Source: a virus
Direction: 5' to 3' (one strand)
DNA: 64,000 bases
IMG/VR virus record: IMGVR_UViG_3300029787_000001
Location: 64,001 to 128,000 of that record
The position numbers were made by a program, and so were the translations under genes. The notes under the pieces were generated by a model. The model did no database searches and was not told where the DNA came from. It was given only the letters and a program-made list of their open reading frames with translations. Shown in pieces: positions 1 through 7,752 of the stretch; the stretch's first letter is position 1; each line of letters opens with the position of its first letter.

Positions 1-1
1 G

Positions 2-901
2 GTTGCTGTAAAATTTGTGCCCAGAACAACAATGGGCGACATGAATAGAGAGGCAGAAAATTATAAATTTATCAAAGACAATCGCGCCGCACTAGGCAAA
101 TACGCTAAGCATTTTCCTGTTGTCTACTCTTCAACGATAGAGGAAGTTCCTTTAAAAAGGGAGCCAATTGGTGGAAGAAAAATGGAAAACGCTGTAATCT
201 TCATGGAAGAATTAGAGCCATTGCCAGACGTTGTCGCTAGAAGTCTATTTCCAGCCAGTGGACACGGAGAGAAGACAACAAGAGCCAGAGAGCTAAGGGA
301 TGAAAAACTGTTATCCAACCCCAATCTTGTAGAAAATCTCTTATCCTTGGTTTTTACAAGTTTAGAAAACTCTAATGCTTGGCTTCCTACCATAACTGTT
401 GACATGGAGCTTGAAGTAATTCCAAAAGTTGTAGAAGAATTTTTTACTTCCAATAAGTCTTTCGACACGCCTGCTGTTGAGCGTCAAATCTCGATAACCA
501 AAAAAGGCAAAAGGCTTATGTCTGTGTTTATTCATTTTTTGTTTGAGTCAATGGAAGAAAATGCTAAGGATGACGCAGAGAAGTCATTACTCATCGACTA
601 CCAGCAGAACATAAAGCAAACATTGATGAACATGTTCTTGAAAGCTTACGCAAGATCTTTGGTTTCCGGTGGCGCCGGAGGCGCATTAAAGTCTTACTCA
701 ACTCTACAGGGAATGGATCAGTATCCACTCGCAAAGTCTGAGTTGGAAGGCGAATTTCCAGAGACAACAGGCATTCGCGCTGCTATGGAAGAGCTTGGCA
801 TGATCGGTCTAAAGCCCTTTGATGTTCACATGGGTAATGTTATGATGCGCCCCAGAACAAATGAGATTGTAATTGTTGATCTTGGAAGATTCAAAAAGTG
901 A
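2..901 (+). CDS. Protein-kinase-like (Ser/Thr kinase / APH fold) protein, 5'-truncated by window edge
   Basis: Frame is open from nt 2 (VAVKFV = beta3 Lys motif); alphaC Glu (NREAE); catalytic loop DVHMGN; DLG (DFG equivalent); long insertion between hinge and catalytic loop. Confidence 0.75.
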   Translation, partial: VAVKFVPRTTMGDMNREAENYKFIKDNRAALGKYAKHFPVVYSSTIEEVPLKREPIGGRKMENAVIFMEELEPLPDVVARSLFPASGHGEKTTRARELRDEKLLSNPNLVENLLSLVFTSLENSNAWLPTITVDMELEVIPKVVEEFFTSNKSFDTPAVERQISITKKGKRLMSVFIHFLFESMEENAKDDAEKSLLIDYQQNIKQTLMNMFLKAYARSLVSGGAGGALKSYSTLQGMDQYPLAKSELEGEFPETTGIRAAMEELGMIGLKPFDVHMGNVMMRPRTNEIVIVDLGRFKK

Positions 902-1347
902 AGGAGATTATAAACGAATGGAGGCAATTTATGACAGAGCGTAATAATAGAGAAGTTGGTTCTTGCGTAATTATAGATAATAAAGATAGAGTCTTAGTGC
1001 TCTTGAGGGGAAGCACTGATCCCTGGAAGCCGGGTTGGTGGGATTTGCCGGGCGGTCATCTTGATGGAAATGAAACTCCAATCGAAGGAGCTATCAGAGA
1101 AACCATCGAAGAGTGCGGATTGACTGTCAGGAATCTACAAAAGGTAGCAGTAAGACCAATGGGGCGCATTGTAAAATACTTTTTTGCTACTCGTGATTAT
1201 GATGGCGTGATTTCTCTAAATCCAAATCCAGAAACCGGAGTTATTGAACACGACGAGTTTAAATGGATGTCATTAGAAGAGCTTTCGGACATTCAGAAGT
1301 CAATTGTCCCACTTTCAGTAGTAAGGGGAGCCATGAATCTTGTATGA
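898..1347 (+). CDS. Nudix hydrolase with short N-terminal leader
   Basis: Nudix box GGHLDGNETPIEGAIRETIEECG; WDLPGG upstream motif. Confidence 0.9.
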   Translation: MKEIINEWRQFMTERNNREVGSCVIIDNKDRVLVLLRGSTDPWKPGWWDLPGGHLDGNETPIEGAIRETIEECGLTVRNLQKVAVRPMGRIVKYFFATRDYDGVISLNPNPETGVIEHDEFKWMSLEELSDIQKSIVPLSVVRGAMNLV

Positions 1348-1675
1348 ATATAAAGCGATATGCGAAAGAGTCGTCGATGGAGACACAATCGATGCTCGTG
1401 TCGATCTTGGATTTAAAATGTGGACACATATCCGAATCCGTCTCTATGAAATAGACGCCCCAGAGTCTAGAACCAGAGATTTAAATGAAAAAGCTAAAGG
1501 TCTTAGGTCAAAGGCTTATCTCAAAACAATAATGGACTCCTGCGGCGGCAAATTCACACTTAAGTCTCACGGAGTTGGGAAGTTTGGAAGATGCTTAGGC
1601 ACTATTTATGTCCATGGCGAAAACATCAATGAAAGATTGATTACCGAAGGGTACGCCAAGAGGTACGAAAAATGA
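1340..1675 (+). CDS. Thermonuclease (SNase-like) family protein
   Basis: RVVDGDTID, IRIRLYEIDAPE, GKFGRCLG, INERLITEGYA motifs. Confidence 0.9.
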   Translation: MYEYKAICERVVDGDTIDARVDLGFKMWTHIRIRLYEIDAPESRTRDLNEKAKGLRSKAYLKTIMDSCGGKFTLKSHGVGKFGRCLGTIYVHGENINERLITEGYAKRYEK

Positions 1676-1968
1676 TTTTTTTATTTATTCTCGCGATTAG
1701 CGCGATGGCAGAAGAGCCAAGGGAGCCAGAAGACAAGTCTGCGGACATTTATCGAAGCTATTGTGTAAGCTGCCACGGTGAAAACGTAGAAAAAATTCCC
1801 CTTAACCCCGAAAGCACTGCCGAACAAAGAATTGTGGCTGTAAGCTTGGGGGTTTCTAGCATGCCACCTTATAATTGGATGTTGGGAGATGAGGAAGTCA
1901 AGAGGGTGATCAAGTTCATGGAGCAGTTACAGGCAAATGGGCGAATAGAAGACCCCCAGGCACCATAA
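1672..1968 (+). CDS. Secreted class I c-type cytochrome
   Basis: Hydrophobic signal peptide ending AMA; single CxxCH (CVSCH); distal Met in SMPP. Confidence 0.75.
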   Translation: MIFLFILAISAMAEEPREPEDKSADIYRSYCVSCHGENVEKIPLNPESTAEQRIVAVSLGVSSMPPYNWMLGDEEVKRVIKFMEQLQANGRIEDPQAP

Positions 1969-2149
1969 AAATGCTTTAAAAAGCTTTCCCGTCACCTACA
2001 TCGCTTTATTTTTTTATAACAACAAGGGGCATTTGAGGGCTACATTTTGTGATCTATCTAAAAAAGCACAAATAGACCAAACAGCCGTCAGAATCGGCAA
2101 GAAACACCATCATGAGAGGCGACAACAAAGAAACTGAAAGGCAACTTGA

Positions 2150-2156
2150 CTATTTA
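2150..2156 (+). promoter_or_regulatory. CTANTTA motif (candidate phage late promoter)
   Basis: CTATTTA followed by GGAGG (2166-2170) and ATG 2179; same motif recurs before many genes. Confidence 0.5.
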
Positions 2157-2178
2157 AGAATGTATGGAGGGCTTTACA

Positions 2179-2487
2179 ATGCCTGAAAATTATAATCAAC
2201 TCGTTTTAGCACAACTACAATCACTCTCACAGGCTATCGAAGCCCTCCGTGGCGATCTGCAACTGGTTCGTCAAGAGATTACTGAGATAAAAGCCAAAGA
2301 AGACAAGGTCGTCGAGCTTCGTGAATGGAAACAGAAGGTAGATGAGGTCGCATCCCCTACTCAACTGGCTAAATTCGTGCAAGACATCCAAGATTTAAAC
2401 AATTTCAAGACAAAAGCAGTCACAATCTTTGCCGTAGTGCAGTTTGCTATGGGTGCTGTGCTGTTTGCGATGAATTTCATTAGTTGA
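2179..2487 (+). CDS. Coiled-coil protein with C-terminal transmembrane helix (holin/XhlA-like topology)
   Basis: Heptad-like N-terminal part, hydrophobic C-terminus TIFAVVQFAMGAVLFAM; start placed at ATG 2179 from RBS spacing. Confidence 0.6.
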   Translation: MPENYNQLVLAQLQSLSQAIEALRGDLQLVRQEITEIKAKEDKVVELREWKQKVDEVASPTQLAKFVQDIQDLNNFKTKAVTIFAVVQFAMGAVLFAMNFIS

Positions 2488-2511
2488 CAAATTTAATAAT
2501 AATGTTAAATT
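2484..2511 (+). promoter_or_regulatory. Sigma70-type promoter
   Basis: TTGACA (2484-2489), 16 nt, TGn + TAAATT (2506-2511), then GGAG RBS and ATG 2530. Confidence 0.6.
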
Positions 2512-2529
2512 AAACACATAGGAGCCATT

Positions 2530-2793
2530 ATGATTGAATTAGGCGATTATGTAGCACAAATGCACCCATGTGAAACCATGTCTTTAAAGAAAGGTGTTGT
2601 GGTGGGTTCTTGCAAAGAGTCTTTTACCATTCAATGGCTCTCATATAACAAGGATTTTTGGATGGAGTTCGAAGGCGAACAGTTTAAAGAGCTTAATGAC
2701 CGCTATTTACTAACAAAGATGTCTTATCATCGAACCAATTACAATGTAGACATTGCGGTTTTAAGTAAAGCAGGTGAAAATGGCGTGGGATGA
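2530..2793 (+). CDS. Small hypothetical protein (possible SH3/KOW-like barrel)
   Basis: RBS GGAG, IELGDYV start, beta-rich pattern. Confidence 0.6.
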   Translation: MIELGDYVAQMHPCETMSLKKGVVVGSCKESFTIQWLSYNKDFWMEFEGEQFKELNDRYLLTKMSYHRTNYNVDIAVLSKAGENGVG

Positions 2794-3067
2794 ACTTGAT
2801 ACTGACAGGATAGAACAAATTGTTCGACAAATTAGCGGCAAAAAGCTAGATAAGTCGAAAAAATTGGTCTCACCGGCTATGATCAAGGGTACCGGCATCG
2901 TTTATCTGTGGGCTCCTACAAAGAAGACACTCCTGAAGGTCAACAGGGGCGTCAGAGTCTATGTTGTTAGTTATGATATGGACGAAAAAGACAGAATTTT
3001 GGTCTATGATGGCTACAATCTTCTTGCAATCCATCCCGATGAAATAGAAGAGATAGGATTTAATTAA
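2780..3067 (+). CDS. Hypothetical protein
   Basis: ORF overlapping upstream stop, no recognisable motif. Confidence 0.6.
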   Translation: MAWDELDTDRIEQIVRQISGKKLDKSKKLVSPAMIKGTGIVYLWAPTKKTLLKVNRGVRVYVVSYDMDEKDRILVYDGYNLLAIHPDEIEEIGFN

Positions 3068-3068
3068 A

Positions 3069-3221
3069 ATGATACTTCAAATCACAAAATTTTCAAAAAC
3101 TTTGCTAACAATATTGATATTTTGGGTATTTTATGCCGCTTTTGGTTTTGAGATCACTGTTGTGACGCTAATGGCAGCTATTTTAGGCAATTTTTGGCAA
3201 AACACTGGCTTATTAGTGTAA
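3069..3221 (+). CDS. Small membrane protein, 50 aa (not in ORF track)
   Basis: MILQITKFSKTLLTILIFWVFYAAFGFEITVVTLMAAILGNFWQNTGLLV; starts 1 nt after upstream stop, fills the gap, two hydrophobic segments. Confidence 0.6.
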   Translation: MILQITKFSKTLLTILIFWVFYAAFGFEITVVTLMAAILGNFWQNTGLLV

Positions 3222-3256
3222 AAAACACTTTTTTGATCGCTACTTACACCTGAATA

Positions 3257-3517
3257 ATGGAAGAAAAGAACAATTTCGGTGAAATAGCATCAAAAAACAT
3301 CAAAATTGGTGACATTGTAGCTTGGTCCAAGTGGAATTCGCAAGAATCTGAGTGGAAACAGCTACTTGGAGTCGTTCTAGAGGTCAAAAACACCATTTTA
3401 TCCAATAGGATGGTGTGCGTTACTATGGTAATGCCCCTAAAAGAGCCCAAAATACCCATAGAATTGTTCACTTTTTCCCTCAAACTAGTCTCTTCGGGGA
3501 GCAAAAAAGGGGTATAA
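3257..3517 (+). CDS. Small hypothetical protein (possible SH3/KOW-like barrel)
   Basis: IKIGDIVAW...GVVLEVK pattern; CTACTTA motif at 3240-3246 upstream. Confidence 0.6.
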   Translation: MEEKNNFGEIASKNIKIGDIVAWSKWNSQESEWKQLLGVVLEVKNTILSNRMVCVTMVMPLKEPKIPIELFTFSLKLVSSGSKKGV

Positions 3518-3518
3518 A

Positions 3519-3851
3519 ATGGATGTAATCGACCACATAGCAATAAAGGTAAGTGATTTAGAAGAAGCAGAGTCTTGGTATACCGAGCAATTAAATGGTG
3601 AAGTGTCCTTTCGAGACCACAAGTATGTAAGATTGAAGCTTGGAAACACCAACATTGCTCTTATAGACGAGAAATACTACCCGCATGCTCACATAGGCAT
3701 TATTGTGGAGAAAAAAGAAGACCTCCCGGTAGGTGACGAAAGGGTAGAGCACCGCGATGGCACCATTGGAGTCTACGTCAAAGACCCATTTGGGAACTAT
3801 ATAGAATATATTTGGTATTCTCAAGACCAAAGTGAGACGTTCCTCAAATGA
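3519..3851 (+). CDS. VOC/glyoxalase family protein
   Basis: IDHIAIKVSDLEEAESWY, HIGIIV, YVKDPFGNYIE motifs. Confidence 0.85.
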   Translation: MDVIDHIAIKVSDLEEAESWYTEQLNGEVSFRDHKYVRLKLGNTNIALIDEKYYPHAHIGIIVEKKEDLPVGDERVEHRDGTIGVYVKDPFGNYIEYIWYSQDQSETFLK

Positions 3852-4735
3852 AAGATACGCTTAAGCCCCTAATGGACCAGTTTATGCCCTTCGCCCAAAA
3901 GCGAATGGGTTTCCATAAGCCACCACGCATCTTCTTGCGTGACGACCCCCAAAATGCGCAGAACCCACTGGGCAAGACCGCGTACTACGACCCAGAGCAA
4001 ATGTCGGTGACCCTTTACATCAGTGGGCGTCACCCAAAGGATGTTATGCGTTCACTATCACACGAGTTGGTTCACCACACTCAGAACTGTAATGGCGAGT
4101 TTGATGGTGCCTCTGAAATGGGTGAAGGCTACGCTCAAAAAGACGAACACTTGCGTGAAATGGAACGGCAGGCTTACGAGCAGGGCAATTTGTGCTTTCG
4201 CGACTGGGAAGATAGCATAAAGAACACTATTTACAATGAATCTTTGCAAAAAGGAGCAAAAAAGAAAATGTCTATAAAAGATTGGAAGAACAATGAGTTA
4301 AAAACTCTACTATCAGAACAGTGGGGATTTTCTTTTAATCTCCTCAACGAATCTCAGGAAGAAGTTGTCGAAGAGGCAGCCGAGGACGAAACTCTTAACG
4401 AAGAGGAAGAAGAGCTTGACGAAGTAGCGGCGTCTTCTGGTCGTCAGTCACCCCACGCAGATCGACGTGGTGATGATGAACGTAAGCGCCCAATGGAAGA
4501 GGCTGAAAAACCTGACTTTCCTGATGTGGATGGCGATGGCGACAGAGAAGAGCCAATTTCCAAAGCTTCTAAGGAAAAAAAGGAAGACAATGGTGACGAG
4601 AAGTCTGATAAAGACATGTCTAAGGTCCCGCCTCAACTTCGCAAGCACGTTAAGGGCAAGATGGACGAAGCCCAGATTCGTAGTCTTATCCGCAAACTCG
4701 TCAAAGAAGCAATGATAAAGAACACCAACAAGTGA
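3848..4735 (+). CDS. Zincin metallopeptidase-like domain fused to acidic, probably head-associated C-terminal region
   Basis: HELVH (HExxH) and downstream EREAY-like ERQAYE; C-terminal half Glu/Asp-rich with KPDFPDVDGDGDREEP motif; internal RBS+ATG at 4268. Confidence 0.65.
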   Translation: MKDTLKPLMDQFMPFAQKRMGFHKPPRIFLRDDPQNAQNPLGKTAYYDPEQMSVTLYISGRHPKDVMRSLSHELVHHTQNCNGEFDGASEMGEGYAQKDEHLREMERQAYEQGNLCFRDWEDSIKNTIYNESLQKGAKKKMSIKDWKNNELKTLLSEQWGFSFNLLNESQEEVVEEAAEDETLNEEEEELDEVAASSGRQSPHADRRGDDERKRPMEEAEKPDFPDVDGDGDREEPISKASKEKKEDNGDEKSDKDMSKVPPQLRKHVKGKMDEAQIRSLIRKLVKEAMIKNTNK

Positions 4736-4887
4736 TGGATAAAGAGCATAGAAAGTCTGTATCTCGAAAAAAAGAACAGGCTTCTGTGCCAGCTTCACAT
4801 CCACCACGTCAGGTTTCAAACTCTGAAATGATTGAGAGGCTTAAAGAAATGGTAAACCAAACAAAACAACAAAAGGAGGAATCATGA
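4735..4887 (+). CDS. Small hypothetical protein, 50 aa (not in ORF track)
   Basis: MDKEHRKSVSRKKEQASVPASHPPRQVSNSEMIERLKEMVNQTKQQKEES; TGATG coupling upstream and ATGA coupling downstream. Confidence 0.6.
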   Translation: MDKEHRKSVSRKKEQASVPASHPPRQVSNSEMIERLKEMVNQTKQQKEES

Positions 4888-5126
4888 TGTCAAAGTGGCG
4901 TGATTTTCTTGATGGCACAAGACCCAGCCGAGACCTTGAGAGTCTTCTTGAGACTTTAATAGCAGATTTAAATTTATTGAAACCAAGAACGCTAAATGAA
5001 GAAGCCAAGAAGTCTTCAATGGAAGAGATTGTTTGTGAGATTAGATTAAAGATGCGACAGTTGAAGCATGATAATAAAGTCCTCCAAAACAAGATAGCAA
5101 TTCTTGAGGAAGATTTAGACCTATAG
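4884..5126 (+). CDS. Hypothetical coiled-coil protein
   Basis: RBS AGGAGG, heptad pattern. Confidence 0.6.
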   Translation: MMSKWRDFLDGTRPSRDLESLLETLIADLNLLKPRTLNEEAKKSSMEEIVCEIRLKMRQLKHDNKVLQNKIAILEEDLDL

Positions 5127-5135
5127 GAGCCTCTT

Positions 5136-5909
5136 ATGTCCGATCTTTATAACAGCATAGATGAACTCATGCTTGAGTTAGAAGACGAAAATGGCGATCC
5201 TGTGGGTCGTCGCACTGTTGCTGTTGTTCCGGGCGCTTTCAGACCCCCACATTTAGGGCACGTTGGCTTAGTTGAGCAGTATGCTGATAAAGTAGACGAG
5301 GTTGTGGTCTTGGTGTCTTCTGCTCTCAAGGGAAACCGAGGAATTGGTGAAAATTCAATCTCTGCACAGCAGTCAAAGCAGGTGTGGCAAGAACTATTGT
5401 CAGACAGGGGCTTGTCCAATGTTCGAGTAGAAGTTTCACCACAGCCAACCAGAGCCTCCGCAATCTTGGAGTACATTGGAGAAGGCGGACCTCTTGAGCA
5501 CGGAACCGAGGTGATTCTTGGTATCGGTAACACAGGTGGTTCTATGGAAAGATACGAGTCGATTTGTAAACATGCCAAGCGAGGCGTCAGCATTGCACCA
5601 ATCTCAGAGACTGCTATGCAGCCCGTAACAAGACCTTCTGGTGAGCCGTATAGAACCGCAGATGTTCGTAAAATCTTAGATGAGGGTGGAGATGCCGATG
5701 AGTTTTTTGGAGAAGGCAGGACAAGTTCTGTGCGCTCTATTCTTGGAATGATAGAAGAGATGTCTTCTATGGCTGGAGGTGCTGTAGGCGGGTATGGTGC
5801 GCCGCTTGGCACAAGAGCCAGGAAAAAGAAGAAACAAAGTGAGTACAATGAGTTATACTTGTACAAAGAGGTCCTAAGACTACTTATGAAAGAAGGTATT
5901 ATCAAATGA
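5136..5909 (+). CDS. Cytidyltransferase-like (HxGH) nucleotidyltransferase with low-complexity C-terminal tail
   Basis: VVPGAFRPPHLGH motif; tail EEMSSMAGGAVGGYG and basic stretch. Confidence 0.75.
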   Translation: MSDLYNSIDELMLELEDENGDPVGRRTVAVVPGAFRPPHLGHVGLVEQYADKVDEVVVLVSSALKGNRGIGENSISAQQSKQVWQELLSDRGLSNVRVEVSPQPTRASAILEYIGEGGPLEHGTEVILGIGNTGGSMERYESICKHAKRGVSIAPISETAMQPVTRPSGEPYRTADVRKILDEGGDADEFFGEGRTSSVRSILGMIEEMSSMAGGAVGGYGAPLGTRARKKKKQSEYNELYLYKEVLRLLMKEGIIK

Positions 5910-6685
5910 AAAATCCAGAAGATCTACTAAGAGAGAATGTAAGAGATTTGATCTCTCTTGTCAAGAACAAAAATAAAAATACTCAATCTGAAGAGCAGCA
6001 GCTAAGAACCATAATTCGTGAGTTTTTGCAGCATGAGCTAAAAGAAAGCTCTACTCCCGATAACGATCCTGCACCCCATAAGTCCACTGGCATCAACGTG
6101 CTTGAGGATCTTCTCAAGAAGATTATTCCTCAGATTGAAGATGACTATAAGCTTCTTACGACTTCTGAAGAGCAACGTGAGTCTTACAGGTCACACATCA
6201 TCGATGCTGTGGTCAAAACTCTAACTCCTGTTGATCTTAACAACGACGCTCCAGAACAAGCCTCAGATAGTGCTGGGCTAGAAGAAGAGATTGATGTTGA
6301 GATTTCTGATGACGATGAGAAAGAAGATGATATGTTTATCGACATTAATCCCGAGGAGCCAGAAGAAGAGAAAGAGGAGGAGGATCCAAGAGATTCATTC
6401 GGTATCGAAGGTAAGGATACCACAGGTCGCAACATGGCGTATAACACTTTTAAGAAAGTGCAAACTCAAGTTATCGATTCTTACGACATGCTCTCTAATC
6501 CCGAAGATCAAGAAATTTTCTTTGACTACCTGATTGCGAACCTTAAGCTATACTTTGATAAGTTTGAGGCAGAGATCCAACCTGATGTTGAAGAGCCCAC
6601 TAACCAAGCTTATGATTCTGCTAAACAAGAAGAGCCTGCTGGTGGGGGGGAAGAAGGCGAAGAGACTTTAGATCTCGAAATTTAA
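5906..6685 (+). CDS. Acidic hypothetical protein (possibly virion-internal)
   Basis: Coupled start; LRENVRDLI / LRTIIREFL helices, Glu/Asp-rich linkers. Confidence 0.6.
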   Translation: MKNPEDLLRENVRDLISLVKNKNKNTQSEEQQLRTIIREFLQHELKESSTPDNDPAPHKSTGINVLEDLLKKIIPQIEDDYKLLTTSEEQRESYRSHIIDAVVKTLTPVDLNNDAPEQASDSAGLEEEIDVEISDDDEKEDDMFIDINPEEPEEEKEEEDPRDSFGIEGKDTTGRNMAYNTFKKVQTQVIDSYDMLSNPEDQEIFFDYLIANLKLYFDKFEAEIQPDVEEPTNQAYDSAKQEEPAGGGEEGEETLDLEI

Positions 6686-6686
6686 T

Positions 6687-6715
6687 TTGACACTTTTGAG
6701 TTTGCTTGTTAGTAT
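6687..6715 (+). promoter_or_regulatory. Sigma70-type promoter
   Basis: TTGACA (6687-6692), 17 nt, TAGTAT (6710-6715); ATG 6721 lies at the expected +1. Confidence 0.65.
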
Positions 6716-6720
6716 CTTTT

Positions 6721-7068
6721 ATGAAGAAGAGAAGATCACAATATAAATATAAAAGTATAATTAATAATTTATTATCTAATAATATTATAAATGAAAGTAA
6801 CTTAACATTTATTGATAGCATGTCTTTAGAAGATTTGATTGCTGTTAAACTAGAGCTTTCAGCAAGACACATTAATAATAAACTTTATGCTTTTAATCTG
6901 TTGTCAAATACTAATAGACTAGTTAAAGAAGCAATAATCAAATTTGCTATCAGTGCTACTGACACTAAAGTAGACGCTGCTAGATTTCTTGGTTTAGATT
7001 ACGAAGGCTTACACCGACTAGTTAGGGAGTATAACCTTCAGGAATACTTTGATGAAATTAATAATTGA
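6721..7068 (+). CDS. Fis-like helix-turn-helix protein
   Basis: C-terminal DAARFLGLDYEGLHRLVREYNL matches Fis/NtrC-type HTH pattern; start placed at ATG 6721. Confidence 0.55.
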   Translation: MKKRRSQYKYKSIINNLLSNNIINESNLTFIDSMSLEDLIAVKLELSARHINNKLYAFNLLSNTNRLVKEAIIKFAISATDTKVDAARFLGLDYEGLHRLVREYNLQEYFDEINN

Positions 7069-7744
7069 AAGCTTTAGAAAGTTCTTGACAGAACAAAACT
7101 TTATTTCTGACATTCCATTAGAACAAGATGAAGAAGGTAACATCATTCTCTACCATGTTTCAGGGGCTGAAGACATAGAAGAATTAGACCCCGAAGTGGC
7201 AGCAAGAAACCTGAAGAACTACACTACAGCGGAATATAGAAGCTGGGATAGACCAAGGGTTTTCTTTTTTACTCGTCTCGGACAAGAAGACACTGGCATT
7301 GGTCAAATACAGGGTGTCCCTTACCGTGTTAGATTACGTCCAAACCAACTCTATCCGATTATGGACGACCCAGCAGGCTTGTCTTCAAAGCAAATGCAAC
7401 AGGAATGGATGACCGAGAACGTTCCAGAGTTTGCTGAGAAAATAGGTGAAGCTAAAAAGTGCTCCTCAGATGAGAAATATAACCAGTGGCACATCTGTTC
7501 CAAGACTTCTGATTCTGACGGACTCTACTACACAGAGAAGAGGCACGCTGGTAAAGTCTTCTTGGTAGATGACCCTGGATTCCACCATCTTAAGCCGAAC
7601 ACATATGAAATGGTTGCCAAGTTAGCGGAAGAGCGTTATAATAGCATAGGGTTCATTTACCCACAGAGCGGCGAAGAGAAAAACCAAATCGTTGCCTTGT
7701 GGAGAAAAGCCCCAGCAGAAAAACTAGACAAAGAATTTTATTAG
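7049..7744 (+). CDS. Hypothetical protein with N-terminal leader; possible ADP-ribosyltransferase-like fold
   Basis: Leader MKLIIESFRKFLTE; ILYHVS and RVFFFT strands reminiscent of ART folds (weak). Confidence 0.5.
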   Translation: MMKLIIESFRKFLTEQNFISDIPLEQDEEGNIILYHVSGAEDIEELDPEVAARNLKNYTTAEYRSWDRPRVFFFTRLGQEDTGIGQIQGVPYRVRLRPNQLYPIMDDPAGLSSKQMQQEWMTENVPEFAEKIGEAKKCSSDEKYNQWHICSKTSDSDGLYYTEKRHAGKVFLVDDPGFHHLKPNTYEMVAKLAEERYNSIGFIYPQSGEEKNQIVALWRKAPAEKLDKEFY

Positions 7745-7752
7745 GAGGAACC

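Noticed and set aside
5147-5905. 252-aa minus-strand ORF
   Set aside because: Antisense shadow of the cytidyltransferase-like gene; no motifs or RBS, and against the uniform + strand organisation
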